Below, in pieces: positions 30,817 to 40,739 of a stretch of DNA of 64,000 nt. Origin of the DNA: Angustibacter luteus (GTDB taxonomy: Bacteria; Actinomycetota; Actinomycetes; Actinomycetales; Angustibacteraceae). Made by a program: the position numbers and the translations under genes. The notes beneath the pieces are model-generated. The model ran no database searches, had not been told where the DNA came from, and saw nothing but the letters and a program-made list of their open reading frames with translations. The stretch lies in the NCBI RefSeq assembly GCF_039541115.1, contig NZ_BAABFP010000002.1:248001-312000 (forward strand). Reading direction: 5' to 3'. Within the stretch, counting starts at the first letter, position 1. Each line of letters opens with the position of its first letter.

Positions 30817-32652
30817 TCAGACGAGCGAGTCCGCCCACTGGCGGTGCAGGGTCGCGTACCGGCCGCCACCACCGACCAGCTCGGACGGCGTCCCGTCCTC
30901 GACGACCCGGCCGGCCTCCAGCACCAGCACCCGGTCGGCGATCTCCACCGTCGACAGCCGGTGGGCGATGATGATCGCCGTCCGGTCAGCCAGGATGGTG
31001 CGCAGCGCCTGCTGGACGAGCCGCTCGCTCGGGATGTCCAGCGAGGACGTCGCCTCGTCCAGCACCAGCACCGCGGGGTCGGCCAGGAAGGCCCGGGCGA
31101 ACGACACCAGCTGCCGCTGCCCGGCCGACAACCGCCCGCCACGTTTGGCCACGTCGGTGTCGTAGCCCTGCGGCAGCCGCGAGATGAAGTCGTGCGCGCC
31201 GATCTCGCGAGCGGCCGCCTCGACCTGCTCGCGGGTCGCGCCGGGCCGGCCGAAGGCGATGTTGTCCGCCACCGTGCCGGTGAACAGGAAGCTCTCCTGG
31301 GTGACGGTGACCACGGCGCGGTGCAGGTCGGCGTCCCCCAGGTCGTGCAGGTCGATCCCGTCCAGCGCGACGCTGCCCTGCACCGGGTCCCAGACCCGGC
31401 CGACGAGCCGGGCGATGGTGGTCTTGCCCGCTCCGGTACGCCCGACCAGGGCCACGGTCTGGCCGGCCGGCACGTGCAGGTCGAGGTGCGGCAGCACCAC
31501 GCGGTCGCGGTAACCGAACTGCACGCCTGACAACCGCAGGTCGCCGCGGGCCTTCGGCAGCGGCCGAGCCGACTCGGGCTCCTGGACCGACAGCGGCTCG
31601 TCGAGCACCCCGGCCAGCTTCTCGAGCGCGGCGGTCGCGGACTGGAACGAGTTGAAGAACTGCGACAGGTCCTGCAGCGGGTCGAAGAACCGGCGCAGGT
31701 AGAGCAGGAACGCGGTCAGCACGCCGATCTGCAGGTCCCCGTCCATCACCCGGTACCCGCCGAACAGCAGCACCACGCCGATCGTCAGGTTGCCGACCAG
31801 CTTGATGCCCGGCATGTAGACGGCGATCAGGTCGAACGAGCGCTTCGTGGTGAGCCGGTACTCCTCGTTCAGGCCGAGGAAGATCTCCTCGTTGCGCGGC
31901 TCCCGCCGGAACGCCTGCACGGCGCGCAGGCCGCCGAACGTCTCGACGAACTGCACGATGACCCGGGCGACGGCCTCCCGCGAGGACCGGTACGCCTTGC
32001 CCGACTCCCGGCGGAACCACACCGTGAGCGCCACCAGCGGGATGAACGAGGTCAGGCCGACCAGCGCGAGCGGCACGTCGAGCAGCAGCATCGTGATGCC
32101 GATCGTGACGATCGACAGCCCGGCCACCACGACCGCCTGGACGCCGTCGGCCAGGAACTCCGAGATCGCGTCCATGTCCGAGGTCTGCCGGGAGATGACC
32201 CGCCCCGAGGTGTACTCCTCGTGGAACGCCTGGGACAGCCGCTGGAAGTGGTCGAACACCCGTCGCCGCAGGTCGAGGACGACGTCCTGGCCGATCCGCG
32301 CGGTGAGCACCAGGAAGCTGCGCTGGGACACCATCTGGATCGCGGTGGCCAGCAGCAGCGCGACGATCACCGTGACGATGGGTCCGGCGTCCTGGTCGTC
32401 GATGAGCGGCGGGAGCCCCTTGTCGATGCCGAGCCCGACCAGCAGCGGACCGGCGAGCGCCGCGAGGTTCTGGACGACGATCAGCGCGACGAGCAGCCAG
32501 ATCCCGCGCTTGTGCGGGCGCAGCACGCTCTTGAGCAGCCGCGACGTCCGGGCCTGCAGCAGCGCCGAGACGCTCGCGGAGACCTCGTCGTGCTTCTCGG
32601 CGGCGACACCGCGCCAGCCCTGGTCCGTGGGGGTGGGGGTGCGGGTGCTCAC
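30817..32652 (-). CDS. ABC exporter half-transporter (TMD+NBD), canonical site
   Basis: GRTGAGKT, LSAGQRQ, LDEATSSLD, IAHRLST; start GTG 32652 (GTGA overlap). Confidence 0.92.
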   Translation of the reverse strand: MSTRTPTPTDQGWRGVAAEKHDEVSASVSALLQARTSRLLKSVLRPHKRGIWLLVALIVVQNLAALAGPLLVGLGIDKGLPPLIDDQDAGPIVTVIVALLLATAIQMVSQRSFLVLTARIGQDVVLDLRRRVFDHFQRLSQAFHEEYTSGRVISRQTSDMDAISEFLADGVQAVVVAGLSIVTIGITMLLLDVPLALVGLTSFIPLVALTVWFRRESGKAYRSSREAVARVIVQFVETFGGLRAVQAFRREPRNEEIFLGLNEEYRLTTKRSFDLIAVYMPGIKLVGNLTIGVVLLFGGYRVMDGDLQIGVLTAFLLYLRRFFDPLQDLSQFFNSFQSATAALEKLAGVLDEPLSVQEPESARPLPKARGDLRLSGVQFGYRDRVVLPHLDLHVPAGQTVALVGRTGAGKTTIARLVGRVWDPVQGSVALDGIDLHDLGDADLHRAVVTVTQESFLFTGTVADNIAFGRPGATREQVEAAAREIGAHDFISRLPQGYDTDVAKRGGRLSAGQRQLVSFARAFLADPAVLVLDEATSSLDIPSERLVQQALRTILADRTAIIIAHRLSTVEIADRVLVLEAGRVVEDGTPSELVGGGGRYATLHRQWADSLV

Positions 32653-34439
32653 GAGGCGCGCACCTCCTCCTCCTGGCCGAGGACGTCGGCGTACTCCGGC
32701 ACGGTGGCCATCAGGTCCGAGTGCGTGCCGACCGCCTGGACCCGACCGTCCCGCAGCAGCGCGACCCGGTCGGCGAGCGCGACGGTGCTGGGCCGGTGGA
32801 CGACGACGATCGCGGTGGTGGTCGACAGCACCCGAGCGAGGGCCCGCTCCACGAGGTGCTCGGTCTCGACGTCCAGCGCGGACAGCGGGTCGTCCAGCAC
32901 CAGGACGGCGGGGCGGCCGATGACTGCCCGGGCCAGGGCGAGTCGCTGGCGCTGGCCACCGGACAGCGACATGCCCTGCTCGCCCACCCGGGTCTGCAGC
33001 CCCCACGGCAGGTCGTGCACGAAGTCGGCCTGGGCCAGCGCGAGCGCCTGCTCGACCTCGGCGTCGGTGGCATCCGGGTGCCCGAGGGTCACGTTCTCGC
33101 GGACGCTGGCAGAGAACAGGATCGGCTCCTCGAAGGCGGTCGCGACCGCGCTGCGCAGGGACTGCAGGGTGAGCTCACGGACGTCGTGGCCGTCGATCGT
33201 GACGCGCCCCTGCGTGACGTCCGCCAGCCGCGGGACGAGCATCGCGAGGGTGCTCTTGCCGGACCCGCTGCTGCCCACGATCGCGAGCGTCTCGCCGGGC
33301 CGGACGTCCAGGTCGACGCCGGCCAGCACCGGCTCGTCGCTGCCCTCGAACGCGAAGGTCACCCCCTCGAACCGGACGTGCCCGCGGGCTCGCTCGAGCG
33401 GCTGTGCCTGCGGGTCGTCGCGGATGGCCGGGACGGTGTCGTAGACCTCGTAGACCCGTTGTGCCGCAGTGGCTGCCTCCTGCGCGGAGGCCAGGATGAA
33501 GCCGAGGGCCTCGACCGGCCAGACCAGCTGGAGCACCAGGGTGATGAAGGCGACGAGCCCGCCCAGGGTGAGCCGCCCCGAGCTCACGGCGAACGCGCCG
33601 AGCAGCATCACCAGGGCCAGCGCCACGTTCGGGATCAGGTCGAGGAACGACACGAAGCCGGCCCGGAGCCGGGCCTGCTCGAGCTGGGTGCCGCGCAGGG
33701 TGCGCGCGCTCTCGTCGAAGCGCCCAGCGACCAGCTCGCGCCGCCCGAAGGCCTTGATCACCCGCAGACCGGTCGCGGCCTCCTCGACCTGGGTGGCGAC
33801 GTCCCCCTGCTGGTCCTGGACCCGGCGTGAGATCCGCCGGTAGCGCCGCTCGAAGCGCGCGCACAGCGGGATGACGGGCAGCAGCGTGACCGCGACCAGG
33901 GTGCCCAGCAGGGCGTCCTTGTGCACGAGCAGCCCGATGATCGTGGCGAACGTGGCCACGTTCACGATGAGGAAGACCACGCCGAAGCCGGTGAACCGTC
34001 GGATGGCCGAGAGGTCGGAGGTGGCCCGGGACAGCAGCTGCCCGGACTGCCACTGGTCGTGGAAGGACGGCGGCAGCGCCTGCAGGTGGATGTAGAGGTC
34101 GTCGCGCATGCGGCGCTCGATGCCCAAGGTCGCGGTGTTCTGCACCCAGCGGCGGATGAAGATGAGCACGGCCTCCGCGACGCCGAGGCCGATGGCCAGC
34201 AGCGCGAGCGGCAGCAGGCCGGCCTTGTCGTGGTGGGCGATCGGGCCGTCCACCACCTTGGCCGTGACCAGCGGGACGACGATGCTGGCCGCGACCCCGC
34301 CCAGGGCCGCCAGCACCATGACCACCATGCGCCAGGCGTAGGGCCGAACGTAGGGCCGCATGCGCCACAGGGATGCGATGGCACCCGAGCTCGGGCGCTC
34401 GGGCGCGGCCGTCTCGGGTGGGAGCGTGGAGGGAGTCAC
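32649..34439 (-). CDS. ABC exporter half-transporter (TMD+NBD), degenerate Walker B; heterodimer partner
   Basis: GSSGSGKS, LSGGQRQR, LDDPLSALD (Asp for catalytic Glu). Confidence 0.92.
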   Translation of the reverse strand: MTPSTLPPETAAPERPSSGAIASLWRMRPYVRPYAWRMVVMVLAALGGVAASIVVPLVTAKVVDGPIAHHDKAGLLPLALLAIGLGVAEAVLIFIRRWVQNTATLGIERRMRDDLYIHLQALPPSFHDQWQSGQLLSRATSDLSAIRRFTGFGVVFLIVNVATFATIIGLLVHKDALLGTLVAVTLLPVIPLCARFERRYRRISRRVQDQQGDVATQVEEAATGLRVIKAFGRRELVAGRFDESARTLRGTQLEQARLRAGFVSFLDLIPNVALALVMLLGAFAVSSGRLTLGGLVAFITLVLQLVWPVEALGFILASAQEAATAAQRVYEVYDTVPAIRDDPQAQPLERARGHVRFEGVTFAFEGSDEPVLAGVDLDVRPGETLAIVGSSGSGKSTLAMLVPRLADVTQGRVTIDGHDVRELTLQSLRSAVATAFEEPILFSASVRENVTLGHPDATDAEVEQALALAQADFVHDLPWGLQTRVGEQGMSLSGGQRQRLALARAVIGRPAVLVLDDPLSALDVETEHLVERALARVLSTTTAIVVVHRPSTVALADRVALLRDGRVQAVGTHSDLMATVPEYADVLGQEEEVRAS

Positions 34440-34553
34440 TTAGGGTAACTATACGCTTCCCCGCCGACAGTGCTCACCGGATTTTCGACCGTGTCGCTGA
34501 TCACGTCGGCGAATCCCGGGAAGAAATCGGACAGCGGCGCTGCTGCCGCCTGC

Positions 34554-34985
34554 ATGACCAACACCCCCACGAAGATCGTGTACACGGCCCGCGCCAGCGC
34601 CACGGGCGGCCGCAGCGGCCACGCCACCAGCGAGGACGGGATCCTGGACCTCGACCTCACGGCCCCCAAGGAGATGGGCGGCCCAGGCACCGGAACCAAC
34701 CCCGAGCAGCTGTTCGCCGCGGGGTTCTCCGCGTGCTTCCAGGGCGCCCTCGGCCTGGTCGCCAAGCAGCAGGGCATCGACACGTCCCGCTCCCTGGTCA
34801 CCGCAGCCGTCGGCTTCGGTCCCGAGGGCGACAGCTACGCCATCACGGTCGACCTGGAGATCGCCATCCCGGACGTCGACCTGGAGACGGCGCAGCAGCT
34901 GGCCGACGCCGCGCACCAGGTGTGCCCGTACTCGAAGGCCACCCGCGGCAACGTCCCGGTGACCGTCAAGGCCGTCGCGGCCTGA
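34554..34985 (+). CDS. ohr: Organic hydroperoxide resistance protein
   Basis: TGGRSG, TNPEQLFAAGFSACF, AHQVCPYSKATRGN. Confidence 0.95.
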   Translation: MTNTPTKIVYTARASATGGRSGHATSEDGILDLDLTAPKEMGGPGTGTNPEQLFAAGFSACFQGALGLVAKQQGIDTSRSLVTAAVGFGPEGDSYAITVDLEIAIPDVDLETAQQLADAAHQVCPYSKATRGNVPVTVKAVAA

Positions 34986-35013
34986 GCCACCGCACACGGG
35001 TAGCGTTCGCCGG

Positions 35014-36045
35014 GTGAGCCCCGACCATGACGTGCACGAGCTGCTCATCGGCAGCTACACGACGGGGACGGGCTCGCCCGGTGTCGTGCGGGCCGAGCTC
35101 GACCCGACGACGGGGGCGTTGCGCGCCACCGGATCCGTGGCGCTCACCGATCCGTCGTGGATCGCGACGTCGAACGACGGCGTCACCCTGTACGCGGCCG
35201 CCGAGCACACCGGTGGCACGGTCGCGTCCGTGTCACTGACGGACCCTGAGGACACCATCGTGCGCGCGGGTGCCGGCGACGACCCGTGCCACCTGGTGGT
35301 GCACCGCGGTCACGTGGTCGTGGCGGGGTACACCTCGGGCACCATCGCGGCCTTCGCGCTGGACGATGACGGCGGGGTCGGACGCCGCACCGGCCTGGTG
35401 CAGCACAACGGCTCCGGGCCGCACGAACGGCAGAGCGCCGCGCACGTCCACCAGGTGCGCGAGTCCCCCGACGGCCGGCACCTGCTGGTGAGCGACCTCG
35501 GCGCCGACTCGGTCACCACCTACCGGCTGGACGACGACGGCCGGCTCATCGAGATCTCGCGCACCGCCGCACCGGCCGGCAGCGGACCCCGCCACCTCAC
35601 CTTCCACCCGTCGGGCCGGGCGGCCCTGCTCGTCCTGGAGCTGGCCGGGGCGGTCGCGCTCTGCCGCTACGACCCGGACGCCGGGCGGCTCAGCGTCGGC
35701 ACCGTCGTCCCGCTCGACGTGCCCGGGCTGCCGTCGGAGGTGCTCGTCACCGCCGACGGTCACCACGCGTACGTCGGCGTGCGAGACACCGACGGCGCCG
35801 GTCGGGACGCCATCGTCCACCTCGGTCTAGCGGTCGCCGGGTCGGCCGCCCGACGCCTCGGGGTGCACCATCCCGGTGGGGCGTTCCCCCGCCACCTCGC
35901 GCTGGAACCGGACGAGCGGTGGCTGCTGTCCGCCAACCAGTGGTCCGGCACCGTCACCTCGCTCCCGCTCGGCCCGGATGGCGCCCCTGGGCCACCAGCC
36001 GGAACGGTCGACGTCCCCGGCGCCGCCTGCATCCTGGTGCGCTGA
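35014..36045 (+). CDS. Lactonase family beta-propeller (6-phosphogluconolactonase-like)
   Basis: IGSYT, PCHL, ERQSAAHVH, DLGAD, GSGPRH, FPRH, ANQWS. Confidence 0.88.
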   Translation: MSPDHDVHELLIGSYTTGTGSPGVVRAELDPTTGALRATGSVALTDPSWIATSNDGVTLYAAAEHTGGTVASVSLTDPEDTIVRAGAGDDPCHLVVHRGHVVVAGYTSGTIAAFALDDDGGVGRRTGLVQHNGSGPHERQSAAHVHQVRESPDGRHLLVSDLGADSVTTYRLDDDGRLIEISRTAAPAGSGPRHLTFHPSGRAALLVLELAGAVALCRYDPDAGRLSVGTVVPLDVPGLPSEVLVTADGHHAYVGVRDTDGAGRDAIVHLGLAVAGSAARRLGVHHPGGAFPRHLALEPDERWLLSANQWSGTVTSLPLGPDGAPGPPAGTVDVPGAACILVR

Positions 36046-36074
36046 GCCGCCCCAGGGTGGGCCGGGCCGGTGTC

Positions 36075-36533
36075 TCAGCCGGTTGAGCCCCACACCCAGC
36101 CGGACACCCACGTGTAGTCGTCGACCTCATGGCAGGTCACGCTGCCGTGCGCGTCGCAGGTACCCAGTCGAAGGCCGAGACGCTTGCCCTCCGGCAGGTT
36201 CTTGTTCGCGTAACCCCACCCGCCGTTCAGCACCACCTGCGCCGAGCCGTCCTTGTTGCGGACCAGGCCGCGACGTGAGTCGTCTCCCAGCTTCCAGTAC
36301 ACCGCAACACTGCGGCCGTCCGCGATGCTGTCACCGACCCAGAACACGTCGCCGTACGTCTGGAAGCAGCCGACCCCGGCCGAGGCGGCGGCGTTCACCA
36401 GGATCTGGCACGTCGGACTCTCCCGCTTGGGCGTGGTCTCGTTGTACTCCAGCGCGGCTGCCGCGGCACTCGACGCAGAGAGCAGAACGGTCAAGCCCGC
36501 GGCGCCAAGGCCCACGAGCAGCCGGCCGATCAT
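36075..36533 (-). CDS. Secreted four-Cys protein of unknown function (paralog B)
   Basis: Start MIGRLL at 36533 (ATGA overlap); signal peptide; aligns along its length with 36530-36982. Confidence 0.8.
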   Translation of the reverse strand: MIGRLLVGLGAAGLTVLLSASSAAAAALEYNETTPKRESPTCQILVNAAASAGVGCFQTYGDVFWVGDSIADGRSVAVYWKLGDDSRRGLVRNKDGSAQVVLNGGWGYANKNLPEGKRLGLRLGTCDAHGSVTCHEVDDYTWVSGWVWGSTG

Positions 36534-36982
36534 GAGACGGCCGCCCACTGCCAGCCGGAGATCCAGTCGTAGTCGCCGGGATCGTGGCAGTCCCGCGTCG
36601 ACGACACGCTGCACAGCCCGACGCGCATCGCGACCTGATCGCCCTCCGGGAAGTCCTTGTTGACGACGCCCCGATTGTTGCTCAGGAGCCCTGCGCCGTC
36701 CTTGTTGCGGATCAGGCCGTGCCGTGAGCTGTTGGCCAGCTTCCACTGCACCGCAACGCTGTTGCCGTCGCGACGACTGTCGGTGACATACACGTAGTCG
36801 CCGTTCGCGTGGAAGCAGCCGAAGCCACCGTAGGACGGTGCCCCGACCAGGATCTGGCAGGACACGTTGCCGGTGTTGTCCGGGGTGGTTTCTTGATAGC
36901 CATCGGCGGCCTGGGCCGACTGGGCACCGAGGGAGAGGACGACGATCGTCGCCGTCAGAACCATCAGGAGGCGTCGCAGCAT
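36530..36982 (-). CDS. Secreted four-Cys protein of unknown function (paralog A)
   Basis: Signal peptide ending AQA-A; shared ETTP, CQILV, GCF, DG-SVAV-WKL, RNKDG, DY-W-SGW. Confidence 0.8.
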   Translation of the reverse strand: MLRRLLMVLTATIVVLSLGAQSAQAADGYQETTPDNTGNVSCQILVGAPSYGGFGCFHANGDYVYVTDSRRDGNSVAVQWKLANSSRHGLIRNKDGAGLLSNNRGVVNKDFPEGDQVAMRVGLCSVSSTRDCHDPGDYDWISGWQWAAVS

Positions 36983-37069
36983 GCGCTCGTCCTACCTTCA
37001 CGATCTTCGTGCTGTCAAGCAGTGGTCGCAGCATCGACTCCTGCCGAGAGTCCCCGCTACCGTCGGGCG

Positions 37070-37570
37070 ATGGTCTCGCACAACTCCGACGGCGGGCGGC
37101 AGGACGACCGCCACGAGTCGCGCGACCAGCGCCTGGACCGCAACTGGACCGAGCTGCTCCAGGAGCTTCGGGTCACCCAGACCGGGGTGCAGATCCTCGC
37201 CGGTTTCCTGCTCACGCTGCCGTTCCAGGCCCGGTTCGCCGGGCTGCCGCCGTTCGAGCGCGGGATCTACCTGGTCACGGTCCTCCTGTCCTGCGTCGCG
37301 ACGATCCTGCTGGTGGCGCCCGTGGCAGTGCACCGGGCGCTGTTCCGTCGGCACGAGAAGGACCGGCTGGTCGACGCCGCCGACCGCCTCGCCCGAGCGG
37401 GGCTGGGCGCGCTCGGGCTGTCGCTGACCGGTGTCGTGACGCTGGTCTTCTCCGTCGTCCTGGGCCGGTGGGAGGGCATCGTCGCGGGTAGCGCGCTGCT
37501 GGTCGCGATCGTCGCCTTCTGGGTCGTCATCCCTCTGCGGCTGCGCCGGGTCCTGCCGCCGGCGCCCTAA
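37070..37570 (+). CDS. DUF6328 family membrane protein
   Basis: RNWTELLQELRVTQTGVQILAGFLLTLPF, LVAPVAVHRALF. Confidence 0.88.
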   Translation: MVSHNSDGGRQDDRHESRDQRLDRNWTELLQELRVTQTGVQILAGFLLTLPFQARFAGLPPFERGIYLVTVLLSCVATILLVAPVAVHRALFRRHEKDRLVDAADRLARAGLGALGLSLTGVVTLVFSVVLGRWEGIVAGSALLVAIVAFWVVIPLRLRRVLPPAP

Positions 37571-38103
37571 CGACTGTCGCGCTTGGCCTGGCGTCGCGCC
37601 CCTGCGGACTGCGTGCTGGCGCGGGCCTTCTGCTTCGCCGGCGACCGCAGCGCCCGGTCGCCCACCGGCGCCTTCGACGCCCTGGCCGCCGGGCTGGCGG
37701 CCTTCTTCGCGGGCTTCTTGGTCGCCTTCTTCGCCGTCGCCCTGGTCGCCGTGGGGGTCGCGGGACGGGCCGCCGCGATGCGCTCGTCGCGCAGCTGCTT
37801 CGCCGACTGCGCCGCGAGCACGCTCACCCGCCGGCTCACCCGGGACAGCGCCTCCTCGAACGCCTCCGCCTTCAACGCAGCGCGCTGGTTCGCGGGTCGC
37901 GCCGCTCCGCGCGCAGCCTTGGCTGGCACCCGCGCACTCGCGCCGCGGCGGTACTGACCGACGAACTTGTTGCGCGCCTGTCGGATCCGCCCGTGCAGCT
38001 CGACCGCGGCGTCCTCGTCGAGGGCCGCGAGGGCGTCGCGCTCGGTGTCGGCGACGAGTAACCGCTCGGAGTCGGTGAGGGCTGCCAGCAGGGTCTTGTT
38101 CAT
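37567..38103 (-). CDS. Basic Ala/Arg/Lys-rich hypothetical protein
   Basis: Start MNKTLL at 38103 with GAGGA RBS; KAEAFEEALSRVS; AKKATKKPAKKA tract. Confidence 0.75.
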   Translation of the reverse strand: MNKTLLAALTDSERLLVADTERDALAALDEDAAVELHGRIRQARNKFVGQYRRGASARVPAKAARGAARPANQRAALKAEAFEEALSRVSRRVSVLAAQSAKQLRDERIAAARPATPTATRATAKKATKKPAKKAASPAARASKAPVGDRALRSPAKQKARASTQSAGARRQAKRDSR

Positions 38104-38211
38104 GGGACACCGTCCTCGGCGCGGGGATCCCAGTCTCCACCCGGACGTGCGCGGGAACCACCCTGCGCGGTGAGCCTTGTCCGACCAGCGGGCCGGCCCT
38201 ACGGTTCGAGG

Positions 38212-39267
38212 ATGAGCAGGCTGTTCCGCTCGACCTGGTTCCCCCTCGTGGCCGCGCTGGTCCTCGTGTCCGTCGTCGCGCTCGTGGCAGGCATCGGCTG
38301 GTCCCGGGCGAGGGACAGCGCACTGTGCAACCCGCGCGACGTCGCCCGTTCGACCATGCCCTCCGTGGTCACGATCCTCGTCAGCGCGGGGGCGTCGTCC
38401 GGCAACGGCTCCGGTGAGTTCCTGGACACCGACGGGCACATCCTGACCAACAACCACGTCATCTCACCGGGCGTCGGCGGCGGCACGATCACGGTGCAGC
38501 GCCCCAACGGCGAGCAGCTGCCGGCCACGATCGTCGGGCGCGACAACGACACCGACCTGGCGGTCCTCAAGGTCGACCCGAAGTCCTCGGTCACCCCGAT
38601 CCGGTTCGGCTCACCGCCGACGGTGGGGGACCAGGTCTTCGCCATCGGGGCACCCCTCGGGCTGGCGGACACGTTCACGGCCGGCGTCGTCAGCAGCCTC
38701 GGGCGCTCGATCCGCGTTCCGGCGGACGGCGACACCACCGCGCTGGTCACCTCGGCGGTCCAGACCGACGCGTCCATCAACCCGGGCAACAGCGGCGGCA
38801 CCCTGGCGAACTGCAACGGCGAGCTGGTCGGGGTCCCTACCGCGGGAGCCACGGCCAGCGACTCGCTGGGCGTCCCGGTCGGCGGCAGCATCGGACTGGG
38901 CTTCGCGATCCCGGCGGCGTTCGCCCAGCGCATCGCGCAGGAGCTGATCAGCAACGGCAAGGTGACGCACGGCGACTTCGGGATGTCCGTGGTGCCGGTC
39001 GTGCGCGCGGACGAGGGGATCGCCCCGGACGCGCTCTTCGTGTCCGCCGTGACGCCCGGGGGTGCCGCTGCGCTCGCGGGTCTGCGCCAGGGCGACCTCA
39101 TCACCAGCCTGGACGGACAGCGGATCCACAGCGCCGACCAGCTGCAGGCCATCTCGATCACGAAGAAGCCCGGCGACACCGTGGCCATCGGCTACCAGCG
39201 CGACGGCACGGACGCCACGACCTCTCTGACCCTGGGTACCAGCACCTTCGCGGCGCCGGCCGGCTGA
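38212..39267 (+). CDS. HtrA/DegP-type S1C serine protease with PDZ domain
   Basis: LTNNHV, DLAVLK, INPGNSGG triad motifs; C-terminal PDZ; N-terminal TM helix. Confidence 0.93.
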   Translation: MSRLFRSTWFPLVAALVLVSVVALVAGIGWSRARDSALCNPRDVARSTMPSVVTILVSAGASSGNGSGEFLDTDGHILTNNHVISPGVGGGTITVQRPNGEQLPATIVGRDNDTDLAVLKVDPKSSVTPIRFGSPPTVGDQVFAIGAPLGLADTFTAGVVSSLGRSIRVPADGDTTALVTSAVQTDASINPGNSGGTLANCNGELVGVPTAGATASDSLGVPVGGSIGLGFAIPAAFAQRIAQELISNGKVTHGDFGMSVVPVVRADEGIAPDALFVSAVTPGGAAALAGLRQGDLITSLDGQRIHSADQLQAISITKKPGDTVAIGYQRDGTDATTSLTLGTSTFAAPAG

Positions 39268-39278
39268 CGGCGCACCGC

Positions 39279-40181
39279 GTGGACACCACACCCCAGTCAC
39301 GCCAGCGCGCCCTGGTGCTCGCCGGCGCCGGCGCGGCCGGCAATGCGTGGGAGCTCGGCCTCATCGCTGGACTGGCTGAGGCTGGGGTCGACGTCACCGA
39401 GGCCGATCTGATCATCGGGACGTCGGCCGGATCGACGGTGGCGGCCCAGGTCACCAGCGGCACCCGGCCGGCCGACCTGTACGCCGCCATCCTGGCCGAG
39501 GTGCCTCCCGCGCGTCGGACCGGCAATGCCGCACCGAGCCGCAGAGCTGGTTCGGGGGTCTCGGGACCGGACTACCTGGAGTGGTCGAACGCGATCATCG
39601 CTGCTGCCGAGGATGCGTCCGACATGCGCCGCCGGCTGGGCGCCGCAGCCCTCGAGCTGCAGCCTTCGGGGGGCACCAGCCCAACGCGCTGGCGCGACGT
39701 CGTCGCCGCCCGGCTGCCCAGCCACCACTGGCCACAGCAGCCGGTGCTCATCCCGGCGGTCGACGCCCGCACCGGTGAACCGGTCCTGTTCGACCGGGGC
39801 AGCGGAGTCGACCTGGTGGACGCCGTCGCCGCCAGCACCTCAGCGATGACGCCCTACCGCATCGGCGAGAACCAGTACCTCAACGGCGGCTACCGGCGTA
39901 GCGAGAACGCCGACCTGGCCGCGGGATACGAGCGGGTGCTGGTGCTCTCACCGTTCAGCGGCCGGTCACGGATGCCGGCGGCGTGGGGCATGGACCTCGG
40001 CAGCCAGGTGGACGAGCTGCGGGCCGCCGGCAGCGAGGTCGAGACCGTCTTCCCCGATGCCGGCGCGGGGGACGTGTTCAACGCCAACGCCTTGGATCCG
40101 TCCACCCGCCTGCCGGCCGCCCGAGGCGGCCACGACCAGGCTCGCCTACTCGCCGAGCGGCTCTCGGACTTCTGGCACTGA
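39279..40181 (+). CDS. Patatin-like phospholipase family protein (possibly degenerate)
   Basis: VLAGAG, GTSAG nucleophile; YLNGG where DGG is usual. Confidence 0.85.
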   Translation: MDTTPQSRQRALVLAGAGAAGNAWELGLIAGLAEAGVDVTEADLIIGTSAGSTVAAQVTSGTRPADLYAAILAEVPPARRTGNAAPSRRAGSGVSGPDYLEWSNAIIAAAEDASDMRRRLGAAALELQPSGGTSPTRWRDVVAARLPSHHWPQQPVLIPAVDARTGEPVLFDRGSGVDLVDAVAASTSAMTPYRIGENQYLNGGYRRSENADLAAGYERVLVLSPFSGRSRMPAAWGMDLGSQVDELRAAGSEVETVFPDAGAGDVFNANALDPSTRLPAARGGHDQARLLAERLSDFWH

Positions 40182-40280
40182 GCGCTGGAGGACGCAGCTG
40201 GAGAGCAGGGAGCGCTCACCGCATCGCGCCCGGCCTCGCCGCCGTCGCCGCCTGGCTCGCCACGACCCGGTGACGGCGCG

Positions 40281-40739
40281 TCAGGTCGGGGGCGACGCGC
40301 TGGCTGGCGGGGTGCGGACGAACACCGACATCCGCCCGGCGGGCCGGAAGCCGTGCCTCGCGTAGAAGGCTGCCGCTGGGCTGTCCCTGGCCGTCAGGAG
40401 GTACCAGTGCGAGACGCCCGGCAGCCTCTCCTCGAGCGCGCCCAGCAGGGCTGAGCCGTACCCCGCCCGCTGGCTCGCCGGGCGGACGCACATCTCCTGC
40501 AGGCAGAAGTGGTCGGCGGCCTGGTTCCGCTCCAGGTGCCCGATCGCGAAACCCTGGAGGCGGTCGTCGTCGTCCAGCACCGCGGCGCCGTGGGCCCGGG
40601 GGGTCCGCCGGAAGTCGACCAGCCGCTGCCGGGCATCCTCGGGCCGCCAGGACTCGTTCCAGGGCGGCGCGGCGAAGGTGTCGACGTACAGGAGCGCGCA
40701 CTCGTCCAGGAGCTCGGCCGGGAGGTCGGTGACCCTCAC
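40281..40739 (-). CDS. GNAT N-acetyltransferase
   Basis: FAAPPWNESW, QRAGYGSALL, AAAFYARHGF; GTG 40739 overlaps upstream stop. Confidence 0.85.
   Translation of the reverse strand: MRVTDLPAELLDECALLYVDTFAAPPWNESWRPEDARQRLVDFRRTPRAHGAAVLDDDDRLQGFAIGHLERNQAADHFCLQEMCVRPASQRAGYGSALLGALEERLPGVSHWYLLTARDSPAAAFYARHGFRPAGRMSVFVRTPPASASPPT

Noticed and set aside
34440..34553. OhrR box or SigR/SigH promoter upstream of ohr
   Set aside because: No AT-rich palindrome and only a poor GGAA...GTT match; no ohrR nearby.
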